Positions 31,610-44,902 of a stretch of 49,909 bases of DNA are shown piece by piece. The position numbers and the translations under genes were made by a program. The notes under the pieces were generated by a model. That model saw nothing but the letters and a program-made list of their open reading frames with translations. It did no database searches and was not told where the DNA came from. The first letter of the stretch is position 1. Every line of letters begins with the position of its first letter. The stretch covers positions 1 through 49,909 of the forward strand of contig NGBS01000923.1 in the NCBI GenBank assembly GCA_002245135.1, given 5' to 3'. This DNA comes from Proteromonas lacertae. Its lineage: Eukaryota.

Positions 31610-34600
31610 TCACCTTTTCAAATTATTTATTTTCCATTCGAGTATTTCAATATCATTTTTGACTATATTTAGGTTAATTTTGTTTATTCTCATAATAGCA
31701 TCTAAATCACTCCATAAAATATACCCTGTGCATATCAAATACGTTGGAACTTTATATTTATGAATTAATGATCTATTATTCCAAAAATAAGTATTTAGAA
31801 ATTTCAACTTATTATTCAATTCTTTCTTCAATAATATTTCATCATTCACATTATAATTACAGTATCTATTAGTTTCTCTTGTATTATTTGGTGATTTATT
31901 TCTGTTGTATTGGTATTTTTCTGATTCTCTATTATTTTTGTAATACTGAATCTGTTTTTCAACATCTATAATTGCTTTTTCAATATTATTGAGATTTTCA
32001 TATCTCCTTATATAATTAATACTTTTTAAATTTCCATCTACATAAATTAATATTTTAGGAATTCTAATTGCTTTAGATAAACCATCATTCTTACTAAATT
32101 CATTAACAATTATTTTTCTATTACAATTAAACATAATATATATATATATACAATCTTCTTTCTAAATCATTCTTTTTATTATCAATATCTACATCTATTT
32201 CAGATATATTAGATTTATTTTCTTTTTGTCTTTTAGGAGATTGAATTATCTAAAATATATATAATTGAAAATACTCCTTCTACTTCATTTCTTAATGATA
32301 TAACAGCTTCAAGCTTTTTATCAAGTATTTTTTCTGAATCTTCTCTCAATTCATCTCCAATTGTTAAATCACCATTTCTTTTTCTTAGTATGTCTGGTAT
32401 TGTTATTCTATCTTTTAGATGATATGTTTTTATTTCTAGTCTTATATACTTTCTAAAATATAATATTACTAAATCAATACAAATGTCTTTTTATTTCATC
32501 TATAATGGCAAATTTTGTTGATGGCTATAAAACATATAAGAATTGATATTTATACAGAAGATATTTTCCTATTTTTGATAATCCTATCCTTAATACAATC
32601 ATTCTTTAATATTACATTCTTTATGATATGATCTTTCATAATCAGATTGTCATTATGTTTAATAATTTCTGAATTTTTATCGTTCTTTTTGTAGGAATTA
32701 TCCTTTTCTTCTAAATCATTCAATATTTGTTGAAATTGAGCAAATCTAATAACTGGAATGTTTTGTTTATTTGCTTCTTCCATTTTTCTTTTTATTTCTT
32801 TCATTTTAGGAGAATATGGATTTTTCTTCATATAATCATCTAATTGCTTCAATACTTTATTAATTCCTTCTTCTAAATTATTATCTCTATTTGAAGATTT
32901 TGGTGGTGATTCATTTATCATATTTCTACTATTTTTGTGAATTGTTAATTGACTAATTATATCTTTATATTCTTGTAATGAATGATAATTTTCATCATTT
33001 ATTAATCTTATTATTCGATTCATATCATCAGAATTCAGTCTGTTCTTATTACCATCTCCACATATCATTTCTTTTATTCTTTTTATACAATCATTTCTTT
33101 GGTTGTTATAATCACTGATACATATCTATCATTATTAAAAATAACAAATTATACTTTAAAATTCTCCAATCTTGAAGAAAGTTTGTCGAATTGAGTATTA
33201 TATTCAATTGATGATAAAGGTAATGCTTTTATCTTTTCAATTTGTTTTTTAATCATTCTGATGTTTGGATATTCAGGAAATTGGTTTATACAAGATTCTA
33301 ATTCTTTAATCAAATTATCAATCTCTTGTTGATGATGTTGAGGCATTGGGAGTGGTCTAAATCAAATAACAATAAATAGAATATTATACGGTGGATCAAT
33401 ATTTTTCACTGGATAAGTATTTTTTCTTTTATTCAAAATAATATTGTTATCTAAAACAGGAATTGGAGCAGGGTTATTTGAATTAGGTAAATGAGGTAGT
33501 GAAATATCTAAAATATTACATTCAACAAATTAATACATTTCATTTCTTTTAATAAATCATCAATCTTCATTCTAGAATTTGGATTAACTTTTAACATCTT
33601 ATTTAGCAATTTATTCAAAATATCCTCATCTCTTCCTTCATATCGTTTATATCTAGTATTTTTGATATTTGATGCTATTTCGAATATACCATTTCCATCA
33701 AATGGAGATTGTCCAATGATTAAAGTGTAAAAAACACATCCTATACTCCATATATCACTTGATTTATCATATTCTTTGGAATCTAATATTTCAGGACTAG
33801 AATATAGGATATTCTGTTTGGTGAATTCCATATCTGTTTCTTTGAATATTTTTCTTTCACAATAATCACTAGTGATAAATAACAAATCTTCATAATTATT
33901 AAATAGAATATTAGATGGTTTTATATTTCCATTCATTATTTTATTATCATGCAATATTTTTGTTGATTCACAGATACTTATCATAATGTCAAATATAATC
34001 TTCTGTATTACTTCATTATTCTCATTAATAAGTCTTTGAATAGTTAATTCATACTTTGGCATAACCATATAAAGAGAATCTTTCTCACTCAACAATAAAT
34101 CATATTTCATCAAGTATTGTGATGATAAATCATTCAAATTTCTTACTATAATAAAGAAATAATCAACTTCTCTCTCATTCAGTCCTGTCTTATTTATTAC
34201 CTTCATTATCATTTCTTCTCCACTTTTCTTCATTTTTACTTCATACAACATACCATAAACATGATTTTTAATATTCTTTACAATCTATACAAAATAACCT
34301 CAAAATATACTTCACACTTATCAGTGATATTATTTGAATTAGGTAAATGAGATATTGAAATATCTAAAACAGGAATTGGAGGAGGGTTATTTGAATTAGA
34401 AGGTGATGGAGTAGAATTATTTCCATCTGTTTTTTGTCTTTTACTTAAAATATTCATACTACAAAAGAAAAATATTAATTCATACTTTCTCATTTCATCT
34501 TCAACAATACTTAATTTTTCTTTAATCTCTTCAATATATATATTCTTCATTTTATTCTCTCTATTGATGTCTTTTAAATATGCAGATACTTTACTCTCTT

Positions 34601-36361
34601 TTTTGTACTTGTTTCTAAATACTTCACTTATTAAGTTTAGCTTTTTTATCAGTATTCTCTTATACAAATCTTCAATTTCATCATAATTGTTATTATCAAC
34701 TAATTTATTTGATTTTACTCTCTTTAATACTTCACTTATTTCATTCTTATTCTCATCTGTATTTATAATTGTATTATCTTCTAATAAATGTTGTAGATAA
34801 TAACTAATAATAATAATAATAATATGATTATCTTTATATATACCATTCTCCTTCTATTTCATTTCTTAATGAAGCACATTTTTGAACTATTGATTCATTT
34901 TTACATATTCTTTTGATTGTATCATATATTTTACTAATTCGTTCTTTTACATTCCATGTGTTATTACATTTGTCATTATTTAATCTGGAAGAAGATTCTA
35001 TTTGATGGATTTTTATTTTCTTCTCATTATATAAATATTTCCATTTTCTCTTTTCTATTAATCCATAATAACTATTACCTAAACTCATACATTCATCCAT
35101 GTTTATTGTTCGATTTAAATTTATATCATTATCTAACTCACTCTTTACATAATTTTCTATCTCTTTTTGAATTAAAGGAATTCTTAAACTTCCTCCTATT
35201 ATCACTATCTCTAATTTCTTATTATCTTCTTCTTCTATTAAACCACTGTTTACAATACTGTCTTTTATTATATCAATCACTTTGGTATTTATTCCATTAT
35301 TTTTCAATATTTCATTTAATTCATTTACACTGTAATCACTTTCATAATCATTATCACCATCATCAATACTTATATGAATTGTATCAGCTCCACTTGCACT
35401 TAACTTCTCTTTCATCTTTATTATCTCTTCTTTCACTTTCACATATAATTTTTCACTTATATTATCTATATTCATACCCATTTTTCCAATCAAAGCATTT
35501 ACTAATAAATTATCGATATATCGACCTCCAATCTTATCATTGTTATAACTGTGACTTAATATCTCACATTCATCTTTCTTGTATTTTACTATTGTACTAC
35601 TACAGTTTATATAACCCATATCTAATAATAAAACAATTCTCTCTTCATTTTCATTCAATTTATTGTTGTTTTCATATCCAAAACATAAACTCGCACTTAA
35701 ATATTCAGGAATATTCTTTAGCACTTTCATTTCACATACTTTATATAATTCATTTATATATTCTATTTGTTTTTCATTGTAATAACATGGATGACATATT
35801 ATTACTTCATTTCCTTCTTTCATCATTGTTTCTTTCAAATATTTCATTAACAATACAAATAATGTATCACATGCAAAATATCCATCACTACAGTTTAAAT
35901 CATTAAATTTCAATTTAGGCAACTAAATAAATAGATAAATAAAGAAGAAAAAATACTTTAAAACATAAACCATTTTTATCTATTTTTACTTCACTTGGAT
36001 AGAATTTATAATTCTCAGTTTGGATATTCAAACCATCAACAATGTATCTACCAAGATATTCTTTCAATTCACAAGCTGAATTGTTATATAAGCGAATTAA
36101 CTAAAAATATCAAACATATATATACATTTATTTTGGCAGCTCTTCCATAATAGAGTTTTGTTCCATCTGTAACTAATCCAACACTATAAATAACAACTGT
36201 AAAAATACAATGTTAATCTCTCACTATACGCATTTTCTTTTATCTGACAATTAATTCCATTATACTCTGATATTACACAATTCCTTCCTCCAAAATCTAC
36301 TCCATAATGATAAGCTAAATGACAAATAAATATTAGCCATACTTTGCTGTGAGTTACTCAT
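31610..36361 (-). CDS. Multi-exon chimeric gene: Hsp70/Hsp110-like domain + Ser/Thr pseudokinase + YPxYP/RxxIP repeats
   Basis: Hsp70-like GVDFGGRNC, LLDMG, IGGRYID, IIGGSLRIP and NMDECMSLG; kinase-like NGNIKPSNIL, DYC, SPE and SDIWSIG. The short GT-AG introns checked between these segments splice in frame. Confidence 0.75.
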
Positions 36362-36577
36362 TATTTGATAACTTATATTATATGTGAGATTAAAATATAA
36401 TTTGCTATTGTGTAAATTTAGAAAAAAACAAAAATCTAACTCTCAAGCCCAAAACTTGAAAGAAACAAAACAGTCATTTTTTTCAATAAATTAAAAACAC
36501 ACAAACTAAAATGAAATAACTAATTTATTCAGTTGTTTGAAGAATATGATTAAAACATTAATATAATTAACATGTGA

Positions 36578-38507
36578 TTATTTATTCATCCTGAAATTCA
36601 ATTTCTTCTTCTCTTCCAATTGCTTTTCTAATTCTTCATCATATCCTTCAATCACTATCATTGCATCATCACTCATTCCGTAATATTCTAAATTCTTTTC
36701 CACATCATCAATCGGACTTAACATCATCTCATCTTTATTCTTAAAATATAATTTTTGATCTTTTTCATCTACTTTATATAATCTCTTAACCAACATCATT
36801 AAATCTTTTATCTTCATAGATAATGGTAAAGTTTTACTTATTCTTTCTTGAGTACAACTACTGGCAATATGACTTTCAAATGATACTTTGATTTTAGAAA
36901 TTTCTTGAGATGTCGATTTCTGAGTAGCAAATGGAATAGGTTCACCATGTATCTTTACCAATTCATCATATCGAGGATAATTCTTTATCACATTATTCTT
37001 AAATTCAACTGAACAATTTACCCATTCATTGTAATCTTTAAAGTTGTTTTCATCCATTATATCAGTTATACATCTCTGTAAATAATATCTTTCACTGTCA
37101 ATTCTATGTACTCGTCTTATGTCACTTCCATTTAGCCTAGTTAATGTTGGAATTCGAGCGATTATTTCTCGACGATATATCTCGGGACAAAAATCTTTTG
37201 TTAATGGAGTTTCTTTTAAACGTAAAGTTCTTAATTTAGGGAATATTCTAACCAGTTCTTGAATTGTATTCCAATTACTTATATTACTGTTATGACAATT
37301 TACTGTTTCTACTGTTGTAAAAATTGGTAATTCTCTATATATATATATATATTAATAATATACTCATTAATATCTCCTAATGGATTATATCCAAATAATA
37401 ATACTTCTAATTTTGGTAATTTGATTATTTCATTGAAATTATTCCATTTATAAATATCATTATGACATAAGTCAAATACTCGTAAATGACTAAATACACC
37501 TCCAGGGATTCCAGGAGATAATTCTTTTATATGATTTCCTACTAAATATAATTCCATTAATTTTGGTAAATAAGGAGAAATTGTTACTATATCACACCAT
37601 AATACTTTGGTATATGATAATATTAAATCCTATTTATATTATTATAATTGTATTATGTTTATATTAATACAGTTAAGTGATTAAAGGCATTTTCCATTAT
37701 TGATTTCATTGGTAATGTTTTTGTATTATTACTTTCATCACTTTCAGTTGTAGAAGGAGCTGGTGGAATATTTGATTCAGTTGTTATTGTTGTTGATGAT
37801 GATGAAGTTGATAAGGCTGATTCAGTTAAGGGCAATAGATAGTTATAATCTAATTGTAAAAATGTCAATTTCGGTAAAGCATGACCAATTTTAAATACAT
37901 CATTCCATTCTATAAATTTAAATAATACAAATAATACATACTACAAATCAGATTTTCATGAATATCTACTCTTTTAAGATTCTTAGCCATTACAGATAAT
38001 ACTTTTTCATCACCTATTTCACTCACACACTCATTGGGAGTTGAAGCTACCACAATTTGATCTAATTTTTGATATTCTCTAGAGTATTACATTATTATCA
38101 TTATTATAGAATAAATACATTATCTTTTTACCTCCTACTAGTTTTACCTCTACCGATTTACCCTTTTCAGTCTCTACAAACATATCTTCACCAACTCCGC
38201 CCATTTCATCCTCATACTCTTGGGAGTATCTGTCTTGTAATGCCTGAATCAATGTCTTTCCAGTTTCTAACATCTTTGGTTTGACAAATGAACCCATTTT
38301 CTCACCACATGTGAAATATCTTATCACATTTCCATCAGAATCAGTAACTGAACCATCATACTTCCCTCTTCCTTCTAGATCCCACTCAACACCTATGAAT
38401 GATTGGTCTTGATCCTTTGATATGCAAACAGGACCAATGTACATTACAGTGCCTTTTATTTTGACATTTTCTTTATCTGCAACACGTTGTCCAATGAAAA
38501 AATCCAT
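36578..38507 (-). CDS. TBCE: Tubulin-specific chaperone E (CAP-Gly, LRRs, ubiquitin-like domain); spliced
   Basis: GTVMYIGPV...FIGVEWD..GRGKYDGS....RYFTC...GSFVK, LRR exons (LRVFDLCHNDI, LRTLRLKETPL), and C-terminal KTLPLSMKIKDL...LEYYGM. Confidence 0.92.
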
Positions 38508-38705
38508 TTTTAAAAATTTAAAAAAACATTCAAACCTTCAAACAAGGGTTGTATGATTAATTTAGCCAATCAAAAGCCTAAACCTTATATACTATATTTT
38601 CATCTATATACTTATCTAAAAAATATAAAGAAATTGATATTCATAATATAAATCAACAAATATCACATTCATAAATTAAATAAATATATTAAATAAAAAA
38701 TCTAT

Positions 38706-39195
38706 TTAAGAGGAACTACCAAATATTGAATTAAATCTTGAATTATTTAAATTCACATTATTCTTCTTCTTCTTGACTTCTTTCACACTTTCACTATAAT
38801 CTTCAAAATTATTCTCATCGTCATTATCTTCACCATCAAAATTACTAAATAATACTCGATTTATTCTTTCTTGCTATTTAAAAACGATAATAATAAATGA
38901 ATAATATATATACCTGAAGAGAAACATTTGTATTGGATAATTGTTTCTTTGAAGAAAATAATGCATTTTGTAAAGCATTACTTCTGATTCTCACTTTCTC
39001 GTTCTCTTCTTTTATGCTATTCAATTCATTCTCTAATTCGGTTTTCTATTCAATTAAAATTCATATTATATACTTCTCTAAATAAGTTATCTACATCTAT
39101 CTCATATTGTCTATTTGCATTCTCTATTTCACTTATATTTCTTTCTAATTCTTTTATTTTATTTTCCATTTCAAATGATTGGCTTTTATTATATT
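38706..39195 (-). pseudogene. 3' remnant of a spliced coiled-coil protein gene, cut off by the TBCE duplicate
   Basis: YNKSQSFEMENKIKELERNISEIENAN..., two short introns, ends ...FGSSS*. No 5' part is present beyond 39195. Confidence 0.55.
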
Positions 39196-39749
39196 CATAG
39201 AATTGACAGTGAAAGATATTATTTACAGAGATGTATAACTGATATAATGGATGAAAACAACTTTAAAGATTACAATGAATGGGTAAATTGTTCAGTTGAA
39301 TTTAAGAATAATGTGATAAAGAATTATCCTCGATATGATGAATTGGTAAAGATACATGGTGAACCTATTCCATTTGCTACTCAGAAATCGACATCTCAAG
39401 AAATTTCTAAAATCAAAGTATCATTTGAAAGTCATATTGCCAGTAGTTGTACTCAAGAAAGAATAAGTAAAACTTTACCATTATCTATGAAGATAAAAGA
39501 TTTAATGATGTTGGTTAAGAGATTATATAAAGTAGATGAAAAAGATCAAAAATTATATTTTAAGAATAAAGATGAGATGATGTTAAGTCCGATTGATGAT
39601 GTGGAAAAGAATTTAGAATATTACGGAATGAGTGATGATGCAATGATAGTGATTGAAGGATATGATGAAGAATTAGAAAAGCAATTGGAAGAGAAGAAGA
39701 AATTGAATTTCAGGATGAATAAATAATCACATGTTAATTATATTAATGT
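39196..39749 (+). repeat. 554-bp inverted duplicate of the TBCE 3' end (36555-37108)
   Basis: Translation identical to ORF 36578-37057, and the match extends into the 3' UTR. Confidence 0.95.
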
Positions 39750-39962
39750 CTTGAGATATGAAATAATGATTTACTCTTTGATAAATATTTATAATTCATA
39801 AGAATAGAAATCAATCATTTTTAATGAAATAAATATATTTAATAGACTTCTTTTGAATTAGTTATACAAATATGTTAGATAAGAATGTTACATTATGAAT
39901 AAACACTAAATTATAATAAAGAAATACAATAATAAAGAAATATAATAATGAAATAATAGTTT

Positions 39963-42900
39963 TTATCTGTCAAGATATCTTACCTTCTTTAAAGCCAAGT
40001 ATATACATATTATAACAATAACAATTTCTATCCATAAATATCCAATATTATTCCAATATTCACTGTATCTTATATCATACATATTACTAAAAAACTCGTG
40101 AATAGTTGTTATACTTCCATCACTGCTTGTAAATGATGGACAATTCGTTATATTAATAACAGATTTTTCACAATCAAATTGATTAGCTGTAGAAGCTTGA
40201 ATTCCAAATGCAAAAGGGTTAATCCAATAAATCCATTTCCAAGGTGCTTTTAAAGAAGGATAACGAAGTTGAAAACCACTACAAGCAAATAAAATACTAC
40301 TACTACATCCCATAACAACACCAGCAACTTGCATAACTGGGAATGTATATGCAAACATTATACCACACATCGTTGCAAATATCATCATTGAATAATTAAC
40401 AACAAATTCTTTAAATACAGCTGATACTGTACTTTTCAAACCCATCATTCCATAAGAGAAACATATATAGCACCAAGCTACAAAGAATAAGAATAATATC
40501 TCTACTAGAACATAACCAATTAATTGTGCAATTGGATGATAAGTTCTCATCGCATCTTCACGATAAAACACCATTCTTCTATCAATTAATATTGGAATTA
40601 CACTTACTAAATTATTTGTAACTACTGTATTTATTCCAAATGATAATGCAGATAATCGACTTAACACATTTCCAGATGTTTCCATTGGTTGTTGGAAGTA
40701 TAATATACCTGTAAATAATGACATTAATAGAAAATTTCTACATTTGGATGTATTATATTCTAATAATCTCCAATCAAATCGGAAATTTCTTTTACTTACT
40801 TCCCATATTTGTTTTGTTATTGAAACTGCATAGTCTTCTTTGAAATTTACTGCTGGAGAATTAGCTGTTTTTATATTCTCAAGGGTAATTTCTACTTTTT
40901 GATGTAAATCTGTTGTCAAATAATAATCACCAAATTTCACATTCTTTGTATTTCTTGTTCCAGCTCCAGTTACATCTAACATCCAACTAGCTGGATTTTG
41001 ATCTTTACCAATTGGACTAACTCCATCGATCTTTTCCATATATTCTACTACCTTACTACCATTTTCACCAAGTGGACCAAAATATACTACTTTTCCACCT
41101 CTTTCTAATAGTAATACATCACTAAATAACTTGAATATTTCAAATGATGGTTGATGGATTGTACAAATTATACTTCGACCACTTGATGTGATTCTTTGTA
41201 ATACTTGACATACTAATAAAGCAGCTGAACTATCTAATCCAGTTGTTGGTTCATCTAAGAATAATATTGACGGATTAGCTGCTAATTCGATTCCTACCAT
41301 CACCAATTTTCTAACACCCATTGGCAAACCACTGTCTATTGGTCCAATCATCATATCTTTATATTCTTTTAATTCTAATAATTCAATCACTTCTTTTATA
41401 TGACTGTAGATTGTTGCTTCACTTGGATGACCAGGATATCTTAATCTGGCACTGAACATCAATGCTTCCATTACTGTCTCAGTTTCAGGTAATGTATCTT
41501 GTTGTTCTACATATCCACTTATCATACATAAATCTTTGGCTTTATATTCTTTTCCATTCAATAAGAATTTACCTTCAATCTTTCCTTGTGTTTTTCTATT
41601 TGCTAATACATCTAATAATGTTGTTTTACCAGCTCCACTTGCTCCCATTAATGCTGTCATACTGTGACTTCTTACATAACCACTAACATCATTTAATAAT
41701 ACTTTATTAACTTTATTTTTACTTGTTGGATCTTTAATTTGTACTGTATATTTTACATGCTCAAATGAAAAATCTATTGATTTGAACTTCACTTCAGAAG
41801 CAGAAGATCTCATTGACATTTCACTTTGTCTTGTTATATCAACAGCTTTTACATCTTTTATATTAACACTTTTACTTGGTGGGAATGGATCATATACAAT
41901 ATAATGTAATACAATCATTTGTAACAATACAAATATAATATGTTCACAAATTAATATCAAGAAATATTGCCATTGTTCATTCTTATCTGTTGGGAAATCA
42001 TATTCTTTTAAGTAAAGTATTCCATCTTCACCATAATCACTACTTGTAAATTCATTCACTGCTAAACCTTTAATCATATAACTTAATGGAGTAAAATAAT
42101 AAAATTCTATTAACCAATCAGGAATTGTTTTACGAGTAATACCAAATCCATTAAATGAATTTAAGAAAAAACCAATTATTGGAATAAAGGCTGATAATAT
42201 TGCAATATTTTTGAATAAATACAGTAACACCAATTGAAGTGAAGTATAATTAACATAACCAATAAATAAGTAGCCCATACAAATCCAATAATGAACTCCA
42301 TTATCACAAAGAGTTAATCCACTCATAAAATAGATTATACTACCAAACAGTAATGTTTCTATTAATTGAATAGGATATTGGTTTATTGTAACACTTGTAA
42401 CATAAGTTGGAACAGAAAATAAACCACTTTGGACTTGTTTATACATCACTGGTTTTGAAAAGAATAATCCAATAACTACAGAATTAGCAGTACTAACCAA
42501 TGTCATTACAACAGTAGAAATTAAACCAGTTTTAGCTGTATAATCATCTTTCTTTATATCGAAAAATAACCATCCAAATATTAAACCCATTATTATTTGT
42601 TGAATTATTCTTGCTATTAAAAAACCCTTATCCATAAATGTACATTTTCCTTGTCTTTTCATTAAGTACATTAATTCATGCCAAAATGGCATTGGATGAG
42701 ATTTGTTGAACATCGTTTCGTTATAATCATTCTTTGGAACTTCTGTTTTTTCGACTTTTTCATTCACACTTTCTAAATTCTTCTTCTTTAAATCACTCAT
42801 TTCATATTTCTCTACTAAATATCGAGTTCTTAATGGAATTGCTTCATCTTTTCGATAAACTACTCTTGTTTCTTCTTTACCAACTTCACAAATAAATGCA

Positions 42901-43919
42901 CCTAAATCTTTTCCTTCGATCATTTCATAACCAATTGAATTGAAATAAGGTAATATTCCATCACATGCACCAGCATATATAATTTGACCTTCACTCAATA
43001 TTATTATATTATCAAATAATGCAATTACCTCTGGATCTGGTTGTAATAAGTGACATACTAAGATTCCTTCAAATATTTTTGTCCATTGATTTAAGAATTT
43101 ACAAATATCAAATGTTACTGCACTATCTAAACCAGTACTGATTTTATCTAATAATAATACTCGACTTGGACCTAATAAAGATTCACCCAAACTCACTCTC
43201 TTCATTTCACCACCACTACAACCACGATGAACTGCATCTCCAACTATCGTATCTTTACATGTACCTAATCCTAATAATTTCAAGAACAAATCACTTCGAA
43301 TATTTATATCATCTTCTATCATTGAATGGCCTTTACTTTTCATTTCACCTTTACCATTCAAACAACCTACTGCGAAATCAAATGTATCTTTGACAGATAA
43401 TAAAGGTAAATGAATATCTAATTGTCCACAGAAACTTGAATAATGTGACCAATTCAATTCTTTCAATTTTTTACCATTACATGTAATTGAACCAGTTATT
43501 TGGCTTTCTGGTAAGGTATTTGCTAATAATTTTAGCACTGTAGAACTACCACATGACGGAGGACCCATTACTAATGTTGAAGTACCAGGCTTGAATCTAA
43601 ATGTGATATTCTTAACTACTGGACGATTTTCATATATATCACAAGGGAATGCATTACGAATTTCATTATAGAAACCTTGGAGTATGTTAATCACACCATG
43701 TTCTTCACTTTTCAGTTGTTTGGCTGTATAATTCACTCCTTTCATAGCAATATCCACTGGAGGTAAATCAGGTAAAATAGATTTCACTTGTTTAGCATAA
43801 TACTCATATCCACTTTCTAATGCTTCATTAGCTGAAGATAAACTGACTATTTTCACTGGTAGTTCTTCTTTGCTAAGATCTTTCACTGTTTCTGGGATGA
43901 TTATACTGTTTTTATTCAT
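39963..43919 (-). CDS. Full-size ABCG/PDR-type transporter, intronless
   Basis: NBD-TMD-NBD-TMD. NBD1 GPPSCGSST, CSGGEMKR, LLLDKIST (degenerate); NBD2 GASGAGKTT, LFLDEPTTGLD, CTIHQPS. First ATG at 43919. Confidence 0.95.
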   Translation of the reverse strand: MNKNSIIIPETVKDLSKEELPVKIVSLSSANEALESGYEYYAKQVKSILPDLPPVDIAMKGVNYTAKQLKSEEHGVINILQGFYNEIRNAFPCDIYENRPVVKNITFRFKPGTSTLVMGPPSCGSSTVLKLLANTLPESQITGSITCNGKKLKELNWSHYSSFCGQLDIHLPLLSVKDTFDFAVGCLNGKGEMKSKGHSMIEDDINIRSDLFLKLLGLGTCKDTIVGDAVHRGCSGGEMKRVSLGESLLGPSRVLLLDKISTGLDSAVTFDICKFLNQWTKIFEGILVCHLLQPDPEVIALFDNIIILSEGQIIYAGACDGILPYFNSIGYEMIEGKDLGAFICEVGKEETRVVYRKDEAIPLRTRYLVEKYEMSDLKKKNLESVNEKVEKTEVPKNDYNETMFNKSHPMPFWHELMYLMKRQGKCTFMDKGFLIARIIQQIIMGLIFGWLFFDIKKDDYTAKTGLISTVVMTLVSTANSVVIGLFFSKPVMYKQVQSGLFSVPTYVTSVTINQYPIQLIETLLFGSIIYFMSGLTLCDNGVHYWICMGYLFIGYVNYTSLQLVLLYLFKNIAILSAFIPIIGFFLNSFNGFGITRKTIPDWLIEFYYFTPLSYMIKGLAVNEFTSSDYGEDGILYLKEYDFPTDKNEQWQYFLILICEHIIFVLLQMIVLHYIVYDPFPPSKSVNIKDVKAVDITRQSEMSMRSSASEVKFKSIDFSFEHVKYTVQIKDPTSKNKVNKVLLNDVSGYVRSHSMTALMGASGAGKTTLLDVLANRKTQGKIEGKFLLNGKEYKAKDLCMISGYVEQQDTLPETETVMEALMFSARLRYPGHPSEATIYSHIKEVIELLELKEYKDMMIGPIDSGLPMGVRKLVMVGIELAANPSILFLDEPTTGLDSSAALLVCQVLQRITSSGRSIICTIHQPSFEIFKLFSDVLLLERGGKVVYFGPLGENGSKVVEYMEKIDGVSPIGKDQNPASWMLDVTGAGTRNTKNVKFGDYYLTTDLHQKVEITLENIKTANSPAVNFKEDYAVSITKQIWEVSKRNFRFDWRLLEYNTSKCRNFLLMSLFTGILYFQQPMETSGNVLSRLSALSFGINTVVTNNLVSVIPILIDRRMVFYREDAMRTYHPIAQLIGYVLVEILFLFFVAWCYICFSYGMMGLKSTVSAVFKEFVVNYSMMIFATMCGIMFAYTFPVMQVAGVVMGCSSSILFACSGFQLRYPSLKAPWKWIYWINPFAFGIQASTANQFDCEKSVINITNCPSFTSSDGSITTIHEFFSNMYDIRYSEYWNNIGYLWIEIVIVIICIYLALKKVRYLDR

Positions 43920-44516
43920 GTTTAGATGATACAACAGGGGTTGTTTAATAAACACTTTCTTAGCACTAGCCGTTTCACTGTTTTACCAACAACACTGGTT
44001 GTTCCTTTGCATATTCATTACATTTTTGCTCAACCAACTCTACATTATCACAATAAGAGATGATTTATATTTTTATGATTAACAACAATATTCTCACTTC
44101 TATAATTGACAATTATCATATTTTATAACACTATACTCACTGCTTTACTCTAAATATACAAAGGCTCACCATTTAATCTAATTATTAATAACATTTATAT
44201 TTATGATTATATACTATCACATATTTTAATAAAATTAACTCATTAAATTTGCTTGTTGTTTTTAAAAAATGAAATTTAAATGATGAAGGTTTACGGAAAT
44301 ATTTTCAATAAATACACCAGTTTAAAGTTTATTTTAAAAACATAAAATTTAAATGAAATCAAAATCTAATGAAACATTCTATTTGTATCTAATACTTAAT
44401 ATAACTCATGACACTGAATTATTAAGATTGTGATTTGTTAATAAAGAGTGATATGATATTAGGTCTTTAAATATTTAGTAGAAAATTATATTCAAATCAA
44501 TAATTTTAAATTCACT

Positions 44517-44517
44517 C

Positions 44518-44555
<38 letters not shown>

Positions 44556-44556
44556 C
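44517..44556. repeat. (CAA)13 microsatellite
   Basis: Read directly from the sequence. Confidence 0.95.
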
Positions 44557-44902
44557 GCTAACTTTTATAAAAAAACTACATTCATTACTTTATATATTTA
44601 CTTGAATATAATTAGCATAAATAGACAAATTTAGTTGTATACATAATAATAGTAAATAAAGGTTCTGGCACACCGAGCCGTATGACTCGGGCTCCTGGCA
44701 CACCAAACCAAACTTTTTAAAAATACGTGACCTATGTCATATTAGGTCATAATTTATTTTAGTAATTTTCTAAAAAATTCTAATATAATTTTCTTAGAAT
44801 TTTCTTTATTTTATTCTTTTTGATTTTCTTGTTTCTTTTGATTGAATGTAATTAGTTAGAATTGTTTTAATTGTTTTCTTAATTATATTTTTCGAAAAAA
44901 AA

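Noticed and set aside
34956..35906. 316-aa plus-strand ORF
   Set aside because: Antisense shadow of the Hsp70-like exon, with L/H/Y/F-biased composition.
39115..39726. Independent second TBCE-like gene
   Set aside because: It has a TTG start and an N-terminus that is antisense of another gene; the rest is the duplicated TBCE fragment.
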